Sequence record: PZ154896.1
Origin: a phage
Direction: 5' to 3' (one strand)
DNA: 64,000 bases
The notes beneath the pieces are model-generated. The model did no database searches. It was given only the letters and a program-made list of their open reading frames with translations, and was not told where the DNA came from. The position numbers and the translations under genes were made by a program. Below are positions 34,482-45,536 of this stretch, in pieces; the stretch's first letter is position 1, and each line of letters starts with the position of its first letter.

Positions 34482-37193
34482 TCAAAAATCGAACATATCG
34501 AACAGAGATGCTTTCTTCTCGTAATCGAGTTTCGCTGCTGATGTGAATCCTTCAAGTGGTTTAATAAATGTCTTCTCAAGGAGAACAGTGTAGTCCATCC
34601 AATGAAGTACGTCGTCTTTAATTAAATCTGTGATTTCAGTACCAGAAGGCCATGCGATACATTTATCACCGAATGGGTTTCCTTCACGTAAAGGCAGAAC
34701 ATATACTTTTTCACCTTCTACAACTTGCGGTGCATCGATATTACCTTTGATAGCCCGGTTATACGTCAGAATTCCACGAATATGGAACGGGCATTTGGGA
34801 CCAGGGAATCCACCTACATCATATTTAGCAATGTTATTCGCAGAAGATACCGACGCGATGCTAATATAATTCAATTGACGGAATTCTTTTTCAAACTCTT
34901 TAAAATATTCTTGTAATGATTCTTCACCTTCTTGAAGCATACGACGAATACATTCTTTAAGAGCTTTCTGTACTGCTTTAGGAGTCGAAGATTTCTGAGT
35001 CTCTAGACCCATGATTTTGAGTTTAGGCTCAGCGTAACGAGTACCTTCCATATCCCACACGTTTAATGCATAACGTTTCTTACCAGTCCAGAATCCACCA
35101 ATACCTTTAGAACCGAGTGGAGGCCCAGCGATAGCTTCTCGGTCCATGAACATTAAGTGTTGTTTATTGTTCATGTATTCACACATTTCACGGAAACCTC
35201 TATCAATAGCTGGTTCCATACGTTCACGTGCAAACTTATCTAAGAAGTCTACCCAATGGTTGGTATCACGGAATTTAGATTCACCAACCTTATCGATAAT
35301 TTTATCAGCAGATACGTAAATAGAGTCTGTATCACCATAAAGAACGAAAGCTTCACCTTCTGTACCACAAACTTCATTCAGATATTCATTAACTTTACGT
35401 TCAATCCACTGTAAAGCCATTTGCCCGAATGTTGTGATTGCAGTAGCATTACGCAAATCATAATAACGAAACCAAACGTTGCCAAGTGCACCATAAAGTG
35501 AGTTGATAAGCAATTTACGGTTAATTTGGGCAGTCATACCTGCAACTTCAGTACGTTGAGCTCTAAACAACATTTCATTAAGAGATTTAGCAGACAACTT
35601 TTTAATCTTTTCTTTAATCTCATCGCTGAAGTCGAAACGATAATCAACATCTAATGGTTCGTCAACAGAAAGATTAGGATTATGCAATGCCTCTTTAATT
35701 ATTTCGCCATTACGTTGAGCCGCAAGCATATAACCTTTATGTTCTTTACGTTGATTAAAGACCTTAGTGATTTCAGTTGGAACTACACCATCACGATCTT
35801 TATAATACATCATGCCGTTAGGAGAACAACTGTACACATCAGAAGGACGTTCAGCAACAGCGTTAATATAATCATGCAATGGAGCTACTTTAAACGTTCC
35901 TGCTATTGTTTCTGGGCTAATATTCACTTGGCGAATAATACTTGGATACAGAGATGTAAGGTCGAAACTCATTACATATTTGTATCGATTTGGAATAGGT
36001 TCCTTAACAAAAGCGCCGGGATAAGGTTGAACCGGGTGAGAACGACCTTGTGGAATCACCTTGTTCTGCTCTTTAAGGCTATTAAAAATAATAGCATCCC
36101 AAGTTTTAATTGGACTGAACACAGATTGAATCTGTATCTTAGCATAATAACCCATGTCCAAACTCAAGTTGATGAACTGACGCTTAGCATCAATTTGCAA
36201 TACACGATACACGTCGATAATGTTATAAGAAATATATCGTTGGTGATTGCTTTCACGAAGCTTAGAAATAGGGCCGTCATATTTCAGTTTACCAACGTTC
36301 AATTCAAATTCTGAAATGTAATCCAGAGAATATGACGGTTGATTGGTAAAAGAGAATTTTTTGTAAAGGTCAATGTAATCAAGAACAGAGATACCGAACA
36401 ATGTAATGATTTCACGAGAACCATACATGTTTTCAATAACTTTAACACGAGTTTTACGATGTGGTGATAAACGTTTCGCAGTAGATTCACCAAAAATATT
36501 CTTGATTCGGTTATACACATACGGAATATCAAATGACTCAACGTTCCATCCAGTCAAAATGACAGGAGTTTTCTGTTGCCAGAAGTTGAGATATTCCATC
36601 AACAATTCTTTTTCGTTATTGAACGGCATATAAATGATTTTATCGATAATTTCGGATGGAACTTCATCACCGCCTTGTTCTTGAAGCTTAGCAGCGATTT
36701 CAATAGACCATTCTTCTACATTACCATATGGAGAATTCAATAGATCAAATACGTAGAACCTGTCGTCAATTGAGTCATAATGGGTGATAGCATCAATCGG
36801 ATGTTTTGCTTGTGACGGCTCAGGGAACCCATCCGGAGATGTTACTTCGATGTCGAAGTTAGCCACACGAATTTTTGTATGGTCGTATTTGATTTCATAG
36901 TTATAAGTGTCAGACAAATACGCCAATTTGAAATCGTCCATGCCAAGTGCTTCAAGTCCGATATCTTCCATGCGTTTAATCCATTGGGAGGCATCACGCA
37001 TATTGGCGAACAACTTACGAGTACACGGCTTACCGTAGATATCGAAATATTTCGTAGCCTGACTTTCTGGACAATGAGCAAACAGTGATGGTTTATATTC
37101 TACTTCACGAGTACGTTCACGGCCGTTAGAATCGATGTAACGTTCAAAAATTGAATCACCAATCTGTTCAACCGTTAAGTAAAATTCTTTCAT
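34482..37193 (-). CDS. 43: DNA polymerase (gp43, family B)
   Basis: 903 aa; MKEFYLTVEQIGDSIFERYIDSNGRERTREVEYKPSLFAHCPESQATKYFDIYGKPCTRKLF... matches RB69 gp43 as remembered. Confidence 0.97.
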   Translation of the reverse strand: MKEFYLTVEQIGDSIFERYIDSNGRERTREVEYKPSLFAHCPESQATKYFDIYGKPCTRKLFANMRDASQWIKRMEDIGLEALGMDDFKLAYLSDTYNYEIKYDHTKIRVANFDIEVTSPDGFPEPSQAKHPIDAITHYDSIDDRFYVFDLLNSPYGNVEEWSIEIAAKLQEQGGDEVPSEIIDKIIYMPFNNEKELLMEYLNFWQQKTPVILTGWNVESFDIPYVYNRIKNIFGESTAKRLSPHRKTRVKVIENMYGSREIITLFGISVLDYIDLYKKFSFTNQPSYSLDYISEFELNVGKLKYDGPISKLRESNHQRYISYNIIDVYRVLQIDAKRQFINLSLDMGYYAKIQIQSVFSPIKTWDAIIFNSLKEQNKVIPQGRSHPVQPYPGAFVKEPIPNRYKYVMSFDLTSLYPSIIRQVNISPETIAGTFKVAPLHDYINAVAERPSDVYSCSPNGMMYYKDRDGVVPTEITKVFNQRKEHKGYMLAAQRNGEIIKEALHNPNLSVDEPLDVDYRFDFSDEIKEKIKKLSAKSLNEMLFRAQRTEVAGMTAQINRKLLINSLYGALGNVWFRYYDLRNATAITTFGQMALQWIERKVNEYLNEVCGTEGEAFVLYGDTDSIYVSADKIIDKVGESKFRDTNHWVDFLDKFARERMEPAIDRGFREMCEYMNNKQHLMFMDREAIAGPPLGSKGIGGFWTGKKRYALNVWDMEGTRYAEPKLKIMGLETQKSSTPKAVQKALKECIRRMLQEGEESLQEYFKEFEKEFRQLNYISIASVSSANNIAKYDVGGFPGPKCPFHIRGILTYNRAIKGNIDAPQVVEGEKVYVLPLREGNPFGDKCIAWPSGTEITDLIKDDVLHWMDYTVLLEKTFIKPLEGFTSAAKLDYEKKASLFDMFDF

Positions 37194-37274
37194 TTAATTT
37201 CCTTTAGACGAGTTATTGTCTTTTGTTTGTTGATGAACTTATTATACTCCAAATGGGACCGAAGTCCCATTGCT

Positions 37275-37643
37275 TTAATTACCAATTGTATATTTTGCTT
37301 TCAAAGTCCAGTCATCTTTCTGTTTAAAAGAGATAACACGGAAGTTATTAGTCAGGCCAAACAGATCTTCACGAGCAGAGTCTTCAATAACAATCAATCC
37401 CCAGTCTTCAAGCAACTGGGCAATCGAATCACGTCGCTGATAGTCTTCACCATCAATATCAACCTGACGTCCGTCCATACGCAACATTTCTTTAAAGTGG
37501 ACGATATAGTACTTACCTTGCTTTTGGAGGATATGACAAGACTGGTAAAGGACTTTATCCTTGTTATTAGCGATGCCCATACGGGTCAAAGTCTCTTTGA
37601 CTTTCAGAAAATCTTCAGGGTTCTTCAATTTAATTTCGATCAT
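37275..37643 (-). CDS. regA: RegA translational repressor
   Basis: MIEIKLKNPEDFLKVKETLTRMGIANNKDKVLYQSCHILQKQGKYYIVHFKEMLRMDGRQV... matches T4 RegA. Confidence 0.9.
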   Translation of the reverse strand: MIEIKLKNPEDFLKVKETLTRMGIANNKDKVLYQSCHILQKQGKYYIVHFKEMLRMDGRQVDIDGEDYQRRDSIAQLLEDWGLIVIEDSAREDLFGLTNNFRVISFKQKDDWTLKAKYTIGN

Positions 37644-37645
37644 TT

Positions 37646-38209
37646 TTACCATTCCAATGCTAATTTTTTAAATTGTTTTTGTTCTTTCACATTTTTTGTA
37701 ACTTCTTTGAGAAACTCATCAGTGACCATGGCCTTCAGTTCTTTAAGGACTATTGGCAGCTTGTTATTTTTTTCAAGGAGCCGCTTATACTCTGTAGCAT
37801 CATTCATGTTGATTGTGTAATGTTTCATCAACAATTTGATAACTAGTAACTCTGAAGTGTCTTCGACTAGTTTAGCCCATTTAGAGAATCGACGACCACG
37901 CGGAATTGCCGCCATCATATAGTTGAAGTGCGCTTCATCACTTAATTCAGAACCGACTAAGTTCATCATGTAAACAGCTGGCATACATTCTGGGAACTGG
38001 GATAATGAGTTCTCAACCATAAATTTTGAGTAGTCGACCTGAGCAATTGACATAGATTTCTTTTCATTAATAGCATTAATGATTTTAAAGAATTCATTCT
38101 CAGGTTTTTCTTTAAACATATCAGCACATTTTTGAATCGCATCAGCGTCATTAGACTTCCATGCAATTTGGTGCTCGTTAAGCCGGACGTCATCATCGAA
38201 TAAGTTCAT
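37646..38209 (-). CDS. 62: Clamp-loader small subunit (gp62)
   Basis: 187 aa; size and position between regA and 44. Confidence 0.85.
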   Translation of the reverse strand: MNLFDDDVRLNEHQIAWKSNDADAIQKCADMFKEKPENEFFKIINAINEKKSMSIAQVDYSKFMVENSLSQFPECMPAVYMMNLVGSELSDEAHFNYMMAAIPRGRRFSKWAKLVEDTSELLVIKLLMKHYTINMNDATEYKRLLEKNNKLPIVLKELKAMVTDEFLKEVTKNVKEQKQFKKLALEW

Positions 38210-38210
38210 A

Positions 38211-39173
38211 TTATTTCCAAGTCAGTTCGCAGGTCAGTTGAAGAAGCATATACATAACGTGTAATTCAATATTACTTGCTAATCCATGAAACTTATTGTT
38301 TTCGCCTGCAATTTCATAAAGCGAAATAATACTTTTACCAGGTGCAACTTGGTCATAACATTCTGAAACTAATTTATCGATGAACCATGAATAATCTGCG
38401 GCATATTTTGGAGCTAATGCACGAAGCTGTTTGATATCTTTGTTCTTCATTGCTTCGATAACATCGGAGACTGTGCCACGGTCATTAGTTACGATAGACA
38501 AAATACCCGCATCAAGAACACCTTTAGACGAGTACTGGTCTAATTGACCGATTGTGCGACGAAAGTCCGGGAAGTTCTTTTTAACCAGAGCTGCAACAAC
38601 TTTCATATCAGCGATTTCGATATTTTCGTTCTTACAGATTTCAACCATACGATGAATCATTTTCTTCATCATCGAGATTTTATCTTCTTCGGTTGGACGT
38701 CCGAATTCGATAACTCGACAACGACTACGTAATGGTTCAATAATTCCGTCGATGTTGTTAGCAGTAATAACAATAGAGCAGTTACTAGAGAATTCTTCCA
38801 TAAACGTACGAAGGTGACGTTGTGATTCGGCGAGGCCACTACGGTCAAATTCATCAATAACAATAACTTTAGGCTTGCCTTCCATTGAGACTGAACGAGC
38901 AAATGCAGTTAACGGACCCCGCACAAAATCAATCTTACAATCAGAACCGTTGACAAACATCATTTCAGCATTGATATCATTACATAATGCTTTTGCTACG
39001 GTTGTTTTACCTGTACCAGGAGAAGGAGAGTGCAAAATAATATGAGGAAGTTTTCCTTTAGATACTAAAGACTTGAATGTTTCATGGTCATACGCAGGCA
39101 GAATACATTCATCAATGGAAGAAGGACGATATTTCTGTTCTAGAATGTGTTCTTTAGGATTGATAGTAATCAT
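38211..39173 (-). CDS. 44: Clamp-loader large subunit (gp44, AAA+)
   Basis: 320 aa; Walker [11 protein letters not shown]; T4 gp44-like. Confidence 0.95.
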   Translation of the reverse strand: MITINPKEHILEQKYRPSSIDECILPAYDHETFKSLVSKGKLPHIILHSPSPGTGKTTVAKALCNDINAEMMFVNGSDCKIDFVRGPLTAFARSVSMEGKPKVIVIDEFDRSGLAESQRHLRTFMEEFSSNCSIVITANNIDGIIEPLRSRCRVIEFGRPTEEDKISMMKKMIHRMVEICKNENIEIADMKVVAALVKKNFPDFRRTIGQLDQYSSKGVLDAGILSIVTNDRGTVSDVIEAMKNKDIKQLRALAPKYAADYSWFIDKLVSECYDQVAPGKSIISLYEIAGENNKFHGLASNIELHVMYMLLQLTCELTWK

Positions 39174-39248
39174 GTAATTTTCCTCATTATCATTAAACTG
39201 GAGGATTTCTCCTCCATAATCGTATCACAATAAACGTAAAGCTTTGAC

Positions 39249-39935
39249 TTAGAAGTCGTGAGTAGAATCGGCTTCCATCGCAATAACATAACTTACTTGA
39301 GAGCTTTCAAACTTGGCTGCAACTTTATCACCAGCTCCCCACAACATTACTTTATAATTACCTGGCTGGATTTTCATATTAGCCATATTGATTACGAAGT
39401 TAAAGTTGTTAGAACCATCATAATCGGTAAGAGTCAAAGAATACTTAGGACGAGTTAGTCCAGAATCTTCAACTTTATTGTAACCATTGATAACAATTTT
39501 ACCATCTTTATTTGTAATAGCAATTGTATCAATCTGAAGACCACGTGAAACTCGAAGCAATTGTTGAAGGTCTTCGGCTTTAATTTCAGTAATCACAGAA
39601 GCCACTGGGAATTGAATTGGCTTATTAGGAAAAACAATGGTGCTCTTGTCAGCGGCAGGCCAATAAACTGTGGAACGTGTATCTGCAATTTTAATATTGC
39701 CATCGGTGTGCATTGAAATTTCGGCATCATCAGACACTAGACTCAAAATGCTTAAGAAGCTATTCAAATCATAAAGTGCTACGTCAAAATCAATTTCATC
39801 AGAGATATTTGCTTCCGCATAAGTGGTGCCATTAACTGCACGAGTCATAATAAATTTACCTTGACTCAGCAGAATGCCGGAGTTAATAGAGGCAAAGTTT
39901 TTCAGAATAGCGATAGTATCTTTAGACAGTTTCAT
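39249..39935 (-). CDS. 45: Sliding clamp (gp45)
   Basis: MKLSKDTIAILKNFASINSGILLSQGKFIMTRAVNGTTYAEANISDEIDFDVALYDL... matches T4 gp45; ends ...EADSTHDF. Confidence 0.9.
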   Translation of the reverse strand: MKLSKDTIAILKNFASINSGILLSQGKFIMTRAVNGTTYAEANISDEIDFDVALYDLNSFLSILSLVSDDAEISMHTDGNIKIADTRSTVYWPAADKSTIVFPNKPIQFPVASVITEIKAEDLQQLLRVSRGLQIDTIAITNKDGKIVINGYNKVEDSGLTRPKYSLTLTDYDGSNNFNFVINMANMKIQPGNYKVMLWGAGDKVAAKFESSQVSYVIAMEADSTHDF

Positions 39936-39977
39936 TTTATTTCCTTTCAAGACAATTCAAAGTTTATAACAAATTTA

Positions 39978-40394
39978 TTATGCAGCAACCATTTGCTTTT
40001 TAATAGCTTCAGGCAGTGATTCAATATATTCTGGAATTTTAGAAGCAACAATTTCGCCAGCTGCAATTAGCTGTTCGTCGGCATCAACACAGTAGAAATC
40101 TTCCAGACGCTCAGAACCATCTTTATCAAGAACGATTTTTCCGCCGGCTTCAATAGAATCTTTATAGTGCTTACGCATCAGATGAATCCACATATCAGAT
40201 ACATCGTTATCAATAAAACCATAAATCATAAAACGAGTTTCTTGTGGCAAAGATTGGAGTTTTTTAGCACTTGCGTCATCACAATGCAGGACCCATGCTT
40301 TACGAACACGATTATGGTTATGCGGGTTAGCGTCAGTACGGATAGAAGTAACTTTCAGATCAGCAGCAGTGAAACCTTTAGCAGTAGTAAACAT
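39978..40394 (-). CDS. Hypothetical protein in rpbA position (RNA polymerase-binding protein A in T4)
   Basis: ORF track 138 aa; positional. Confidence 0.45.
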   Translation of the reverse strand: MFTTAKGFTAADLKVTSIRTDANPHNHNRVRKAWVLHCDDASAKKLQSLPQETRFMIYGFIDNDVSDMWIHLMRKHYKDSIEAGGKIVLDKDGSERLEDFYCVDADEQLIAAGEIVASKIPEYIESLPEAIKKQMVAA

Positions 40395-40406
40395 ATTATT
40401 TCTCTC

Positions 40407-40607
40407 TTATTCGTAGAAGTCGGTAACTGTCCATGCGGAATTGCGATTAGACATTATTTTATTATACTCATCTTTAAAAGCAGATTTGAGCATTTGTTCA
40501 GTAACAATATGTTCTTCACCTGAAAACGTATTGGTCAAAACATATTTTTTAATTTCAGGGACAACGAGAAGATGTTGGCCGGTTGAATACTCCATGTTGT
40601 TCTCCAT
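40407..40607 (-). CDS. Hypothetical protein (66 aa)
   Basis: ORF track. Confidence 0.4.
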   Translation of the reverse strand: MENNMEYSTGQHLLVVPEIKKYVLTNTFSGEEHIVTEQMLKSAFKDEYNKIMSNRNSAWTVTDFYE

Positions 40608-40649
40608 TTAATTTGATGTGGTCATTATAACCACATCGTGTTAAAGCGT

Positions 40650-42338
40650 TTATGAAACAGTCATTACAGTAAATCGTCCAACTTTGCTCATTTGAAGATG
40701 TTGTCCATAAGCTTGTGGGTCATGGTCTCTGTGACTAATTATAAACACGTTTGCATCGGTTAGAGAGTTAAGAATTGTTGAAATAGCTTTAATACCTTCA
40801 GAATCAGTCGCGGAATCCATGACTTCGTCCATAATTAATGTATTGATTCTAACACCAGAGACCTTTTCAGCAATATCTCGCCATGTAAACAACAATGCGA
40901 TATCGATACGCGCTTTTTCGCCTTGACTAAATGAAGCATAACTGAACTCTTCACGGCCACGTGATTTTATAGATTCATTGAATTCTTCATCAATAGAAAA
41001 CACGTAATCAGCTTCCATGATTTTAAGATAATGGTTAATCTGCTTGTTGAACAGAGGCACATATTTTTTAATGATAGCACCTTTAATACCGGAATCTTTT
41101 AACATATCTGTGATAATACCACGATGGTATTTTTCAAGAACGATATCTGATTTTGTTTTAATGATTTTATCAAGTTCTTTTTGAAGCAAAGCTATCTCAT
41201 CAGCGTGGTCGATAAATTCCGCCGAGGCTTGTTCTATTGCAGCTTTAACTTTCTTAGCTTTATCAATAGTGGCAATCATTGCTTGTTTCTTGGTACGAAT
41301 ATCAGATGCAAGGTCCTGTTTAGTCTTAACATTAGCTCTATATTCGTCCACTAGGACACTCAGATTATCTCTGTGGCATGTAAGTTGCTCGAATGAGTGA
41401 TTACATTCATGAAGCTTATCGGTAATCTTAGTGACAATAGGATCACCCTGGTGCAACTGTGATGCACAAGTAGGACATGTACCACCATCATGATACATCT
41501 TAATAACTTTGTTATACGAGTCAATTTTAGATTTAATCAAGAATGCTTCTTGTCCTATCTTGTTGAATGCCTCAGTAGGGTCTTCGTCAAGAACGATATT
41601 AAGTAGACGCTCATTAGCTTCTTCGATTTCTGCTTTTAATGAACGAGCTTCTTTGGCTAGGTCGTCATACATGTTCTGTAGACGCGCTACGTTATCACCA
41701 GATAATTTCTTTTGACGTTCGATATTCTCGTTATAAATCTTAATTTGTTGGATAATACCATCTTTCTTGGCATCGAGAACTTGACCCTGGGAATTAAGTT
41801 CTCGAACTTGAGACTTATTGATTTTATCCATTTCGGCGAGTGTGCCGACTTCTAAAAGGTCTTCGACAAGTTTTCTACGAGCAGGGGTGCTAAGAGCCAT
41901 GAAAGGGGTATACCCTGCCGTCCCAAGCACAACGATTTGTTTAAAAGACGCGTATGACATTCCGATGCTACGTTCAAATTCTTCTTGGAAGTCACGACTG
42001 CTGGCAGATTCATCAAGACGAACACCGTCAACGGAGATTTCGAAAATATTGGGCTTTTGGCCACGTTTAATGAAGTATTTTTTACCATCGAATTCCATCC
42101 AAAGCTCAACTAAGAGCTCTTTCTTGTTCGTGCTATTAATGATTTGCCCTTTCTTAACATCACGAAATGGTTTACCGAAAAGTCCGAAAGTAATGGCTTC
42201 TAACATCGTAGATTTACCACCACCATTTTTACCTGTGATTAAGGTCTTTTGGACTTTATCTAATTGGATATCGATAAAATTTTGCCCAACAGACATTATA
42301 TTTTTATAACGAACACGATTTAATTTAAATGATTTCAT
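40650..42338 (-). CDS. 46: Recombination endonuclease subunit gp46 (Rad50/SbcC-like)
   Basis: 562 aa; Walker A GKNGGGKST, coiled-coil middle, CPTC zinc hook. Confidence 0.9.
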   Translation of the reverse strand: MKSFKLNRVRYKNIMSVGQNFIDIQLDKVQKTLITGKNGGGKSTMLEAITFGLFGKPFRDVKKGQIINSTNKKELLVELWMEFDGKKYFIKRGQKPNIFEISVDGVRLDESASSRDFQEEFERSIGMSYASFKQIVVLGTAGYTPFMALSTPARRKLVEDLLEVGTLAEMDKINKSQVRELNSQGQVLDAKKDGIIQQIKIYNENIERQKKLSGDNVARLQNMYDDLAKEARSLKAEIEEANERLLNIVLDEDPTEAFNKIGQEAFLIKSKIDSYNKVIKMYHDGGTCPTCASQLHQGDPIVTKITDKLHECNHSFEQLTCHRDNLSVLVDEYRANVKTKQDLASDIRTKKQAMIATIDKAKKVKAAIEQASAEFIDHADEIALLQKELDKIIKTKSDIVLEKYHRGIITDMLKDSGIKGAIIKKYVPLFNKQINHYLKIMEADYVFSIDEEFNESIKSRGREEFSYASFSQGEKARIDIALLFTWRDIAEKVSGVRINTLIMDEVMDSATDSEGIKAISTILNSLTDANVFIISHRDHDPQAYGQHLQMSKVGRFTVMTVS

Positions 42339-42574
42339 ATGTATTCTCTTCGAATGAAGTCCTCTACATATTTTAACATGTCATCTCTATCAGCAAAATA
42401 TTCATCTAGTTCTGCGTACATAACAACACCCGGTGCGTACTCACAGGTAACATACATTGTTCCAAAGAAACGAGGAGTTGATTCCTCGTAATTCTCAGTC
42501 CATTCAACGATACCAATATAACCGTCACCAATACTAAATTCATGACGATGGATTTCGTAATCAGTCTTCGTCAT
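42335..42574 (-). CDS. Hypothetical protein (46.1 position)
   Basis: ORF track trimmed. Confidence 0.45.
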   Translation of the reverse strand: MTKTDYEIHRHEFSIGDGYIGIVEWTENYEESTPRFFGTMYVTCEYAPGVVMYAELDEYFADRDDMLKYVEDFIRREYI

Positions 42575-42818
42575 TATACGCGTCCTCAATACACGCTTCA
42601 GCCATTTTAAGAATAGAGCCAGGAGTATCGTCGTCCATTATATTAAAGCTAAATTCAATAGCCCAGTCGGTGCAGACATGAACTGCTTTAACTTCATTGC
42701 CTTCAACGCGTAATGGCTCAATCCAATACTTGATAGTGTTCTCAAATCCATCATCGTCTTTAACGTCCATTTCAACTTCAAGCCTGAGTCCAGCATTGTT
42801 AAATTCATCTAAAGTCAT
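42561..42818 (-). CDS. Hypothetical acidic protein (85 aa)
   Basis: ORF track. Confidence 0.5.
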   Translation of the reverse strand: MTLDEFNNAGLRLEVEMDVKDDDGFENTIKYWIEPLRVEGNEVKAVHVCTDWAIEFSFNIMDDDTPGSILKMAEACIEDAYNDED

Positions 42819-43834
42819 TGTGTTGCCTCAATATAAAGTTCGTTGGAATATTTGACCAGCGCTTCTCTGTCTTCGTCTGAGATATCTGGAATCGCGTCAA
42901 TATATTCTTTAATGATATCTTGAAGTGATTTAATCTCGATTTCCTGGTCATCATCAGATTCAACACTGTTATCAACTTTAGAAACCATACGAAGAGAGTG
43001 AACTACTTTTTCAAGTTCAGATTCAAACTTAGTCAACTCTGAATCAATTTCTGATACTATAACACGTAAGGCTAGATTAGTATAATCAGAATAATTGATT
43101 TTGCCTTTAAACGGATAAGTGATTCGTCGATGCCATGTTGTTTCATTAGGAATAAATTCCATACGTTCAACATCAGTGTCAAATACCCAGAATCCGCGCG
43201 GGTCGTTCTCATCACCTGCAGTAAGTGTCCATGGTGTCCCAATATATTTAACGTTAGCAGCTTCAGAGATTGTGTGGAAGTGGCCGGACCAGACTTGTTT
43301 ATAGGTCTTTAAGAAATCAGGTTCAAGCCCATGAGACTTCATTCCTTTATAGAAATAAAAGCCGTTCAGTTCCCAGTGACCAACACAATACGCGGCAGAA
43401 GAAGTCTTGATGTGCTCTAAGATTTCACCTGTATTTTCTTCACACATCCATGGAACGATATCAATTAGACATCCGTCAAAATCTACAGTAGTTGGATGCT
43501 CATAAATAGTAAAGTTTTCAAATTGAGTTAACAATTCAGAAACAGTGTTAGGTGTTATTGTATTCTTGAACGCCATGTCATGGTTTCCTATCGTGACATG
43601 AACGTGAATGCCTGCTTTAGAAATCATATCAACGATTTCACGATTGAATTCCATTGTACGATGTGTTATTGCTTTACGGACGTCAAACCAATCACCGTAC
43701 TGAATCCAAGTTTTAATCCCGTGTTTCTTAGAGTATTCAATTGCTTGACGAATACCATCACGTTGAATATCTTGAACCCATGGGTCGTCTTGTTTGACTC
43801 CGATATGGAAGTCGCCTAAGTGCAAAATTTTCAT
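42815..43834 (-). CDS. 47: Recombination endonuclease subunit gp47 (Mre11/SbcD-like)
   Basis: 339 aa; MKILHLGDFHIG... phosphoesterase motifs. Confidence 0.9.
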   Translation of the reverse strand: MKILHLGDFHIGVKQDDPWVQDIQRDGIRQAIEYSKKHGIKTWIQYGDWFDVRKAITHRTMEFNREIVDMISKAGIHVHVTIGNHDMAFKNTITPNTVSELLTQFENFTIYEHPTTVDFDGCLIDIVPWMCEENTGEILEHIKTSSAAYCVGHWELNGFYFYKGMKSHGLEPDFLKTYKQVWSGHFHTISEAANVKYIGTPWTLTAGDENDPRGFWVFDTDVERMEFIPNETTWHRRITYPFKGKINYSDYTNLALRVIVSEIDSELTKFESELEKVVHSLRMVSKVDNSVESDDDQEIEIKSLQDIIKEYIDAIPDISDEDREALVKYSNELYIEATQ

Positions 43835-43879
43835 ATTATTTCCTCATTAGTTAATTCATTCTATCATCCGTTTATAAAG

Positions 43880-43907
43880 CAAAAAAAAGGAACTCCGAAG
43901 AGTTCCT
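43880..43907 (-). terminator. Rho-independent terminator after gene 47
   Basis: ggaactc-cgaa-gagttcc stem preceded by 8-nt A-run on plus strand. Confidence 0.6.
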
Positions 43908-44079
43908 ATCCACATAGTACACCGTACAAAGGCTCATTTGAACTTTTAAATCGAATGGGCTTGTATGTAATAGTTCCTTCGGCTTTAGCTTTATCATAAG
44001 ACTCTTTAAAACGTCTCATTCTTTCTGCTTTGCCTTTACGGATTTTATCGAAATTTTCAGAGGTCAGGTCGTTCGTCAT
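43906..44079 (-). CDS. Small basic protein (~57 aa)
   Basis: Hand-translated MTNDLTSENFDKIRKGKAERMRRFKESYDKAKAEGTITYKPIRFKSSNEPLYGVLCG; GAGGTGA RBS. Confidence 0.35.
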   Translation of the reverse strand: MTNDLTSENFDKIRKGKAERMRRFKESYDKAKAEGTITYKPIRFKSSNEPLYGVLCG

Positions 44080-44118
44080 GCACAATCACCTCTCAGAAAA
44101 TACCTAAATCGATTTCTC

Positions 44119-44322
44119 TCATCGTTTCCACCATTTCTTAACTTGAAATGAATCAACCCACACGAGTTGTTTTGGGTCTGCCTTTACAATAGGTGGACAA
44201 ATTTCTGTAATAGAACTGTCGTGATATTCCTTTTCAGAGATTTTAACACAAAGAGGACCTCCCAATTTAAGGGTGAACCCTGCGTTCAGCTTCAGACGTT
44301 TAAACTTTGTTTGAACTAGCGC
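44119..44322 (-). CDS. Hypothetical protein; start uncertain
   Basis: ORF track 73 aa overlapping upstream ORF. Confidence 0.3.
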   Translation of the reverse strand, partial: ALVQTKFKRLKLNAGFTLKLGGPLCVKISEKEYHDSSITEICPPIVKADPKQLVWVDSFQVKKWWKR

Positions 44323-44623
44323 CATTAATGATGTCCTCAATAGCCTGACGAGTAGTAACCCACTGGATTTTAATTAACTTGTCATTATATGGTTGTCGTA
44401 GAATATCCCGAGATTTCTTAATAGCATATTCGTAAGCTTCGAAGTTGTTTTGAATTGCTGCTTCTTGAGCATGAGCATAAAGACGGTTTAGTTCAAAACG
44501 ATTCTTTTTAAGAATCTTTTCGGATTTTTTACGTGCTTCAGCTTCATTTTTCTTTTGGATTTCTTGTAGCATTTTAGCTACTGCATCTTCTGCTTCTTTA
44601 TTTTCAATAATCTCGGTAGTCAT
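44300..44623 (-). CDS. Hypothetical protein (107 aa)
   Basis: ORF track. Confidence 0.5.
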   Translation of the reverse strand: MTTEIIENKEAEDAVAKMLQEIQKKNEAEARKKSEKILKKNRFELNRLYAHAQEAAIQNNFEAYEYAIKKSRDILRQPYNDKLIKIQWVTTRQAIEDIINGASSNKV

Positions 44624-44624
44624 A

Positions 44625-44832
44625 TTATCTCATTAAATTAAAATAAAAACGTCCATCCTCTTCAATACAGAACTCATACTCAACTGGAGTCCCATTTATC
44701 GAAAATGACACGTCATGTGGGTTCAAAGGGTCGATGTCAAAATTAATTTTAAATTCACGACCCAACAGTTTTACCAAATAAGGGATTGCTTCGTCAAAAG
44801 GTTCTTCTAAGTAGTTAGAGATGTCAATTGTC
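44625..44832 (-). CDS. Hypothetical protein (~69 aa)
   Basis: ORF track trimmed to start after gene 55 stop. Confidence 0.4.
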
Positions 44833-45381
44833 ATCCTCATATAAAAAATCCAAACTAGGCGAATCGCTAACAACTTCCTTCTTTTCAGCCCCAGGAGCTT
44901 TATAAGCGGATTCTTCATAATGCGTCATTTTATCGTAGATGTCTTGAATAAACGTTTCATCTACCAACGCTACCATATCATCGTCATGACTGTCGTAGAC
45001 ATTATGAACGAAGTAACTATATTTCTTTGCAACTTCCTTACGTTCTTTTTTGATACGTTGGACAAAAGCATTAAAACAAGCTCGAGTTATGTATGCATGT
45101 GGGTTATTGTACTTAGTTTCGTCGAAATTATGAAGTCCCTTAATAGAGGCTTCAATCCCATCTGCAATCATCTCCTGCTTCCAAGACTGGGTATATCCTG
45201 AAAAGTTGAAACGTTTGGACAGGCCTTCGGCGATAAGCATAATTGCTAAACCGATGGTATCATTCTGACGAATAATTTTGTTTGGGTCTTTATTATTTAA
45301 GAGCTCCTTTTTCCACTCGATTATAGCGGCGAGAAGCTCTTTATTATTCACATAATTATTTTTAGGTTTTTGTTCAGTCAT
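44824..45381 (-). CDS. 55: Late sigma factor gp55
   Basis: 185 aa; ...[19 protein letters not shown]...[40 protein letters not shown]... matches T4 gp55. Confidence 0.9.
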   Translation of the reverse strand: MTEQKPKNNYVNNKELLAAIIEWKKELLNNKDPNKIIRQNDTIGLAIMLIAEGLSKRFNFSGYTQSWKQEMIADGIEASIKGLHNFDETKYNNPHAYITRACFNAFVQRIKKERKEVAKKYSYFVHNVYDSHDDDMVALVDETFIQDIYDKMTHYEESAYKAPGAEKKEVVSDSPSLDFLYEDDN

Positions 45382-45402
45382 AAGTACCTCTTAGCTCAAT
45401 TC

Positions 45403-45436
45403 ATAGGTCTATTATATCATAATATTTAGAGACCTA
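45403..45436 (-). promoter_or_regulatory. Hairpin (ataggtct/agacctat) enclosing extended -10 TGaTATAAT upstream of gene 55; MotA-box-like TGCTTTA nearby
   Basis: Seen in sequence. Confidence 0.4.
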
Positions 45437-45536
45437 TCTTAAAGCACGAGATACTATCAAAGATACGTAACTTTCATAAAGTTGTCGACTTAAAATTCAC
45501 CAAACTTTTCTTCGGTTATAGCGATTCAAGATAGTT

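Noticed and set aside
35682-36314. 210-aa plus-strand ORF
   Set aside because: Lies entirely antisense within gene 43 (DNA polymerase); low-complexity AT-rich translation, no RBS; considered a spurious antisense ORF.
37227-37820. 197-aa plus-strand ORF
   Set aside because: Antisense to regA and gene 62, no RBS, hydrophobic low-complexity translation typical of antisense reading of AT-rich coding DNA.
41818-42309. 163-aa plus-strand ORF
   Set aside because: Antisense within gene 46; no supporting signals.
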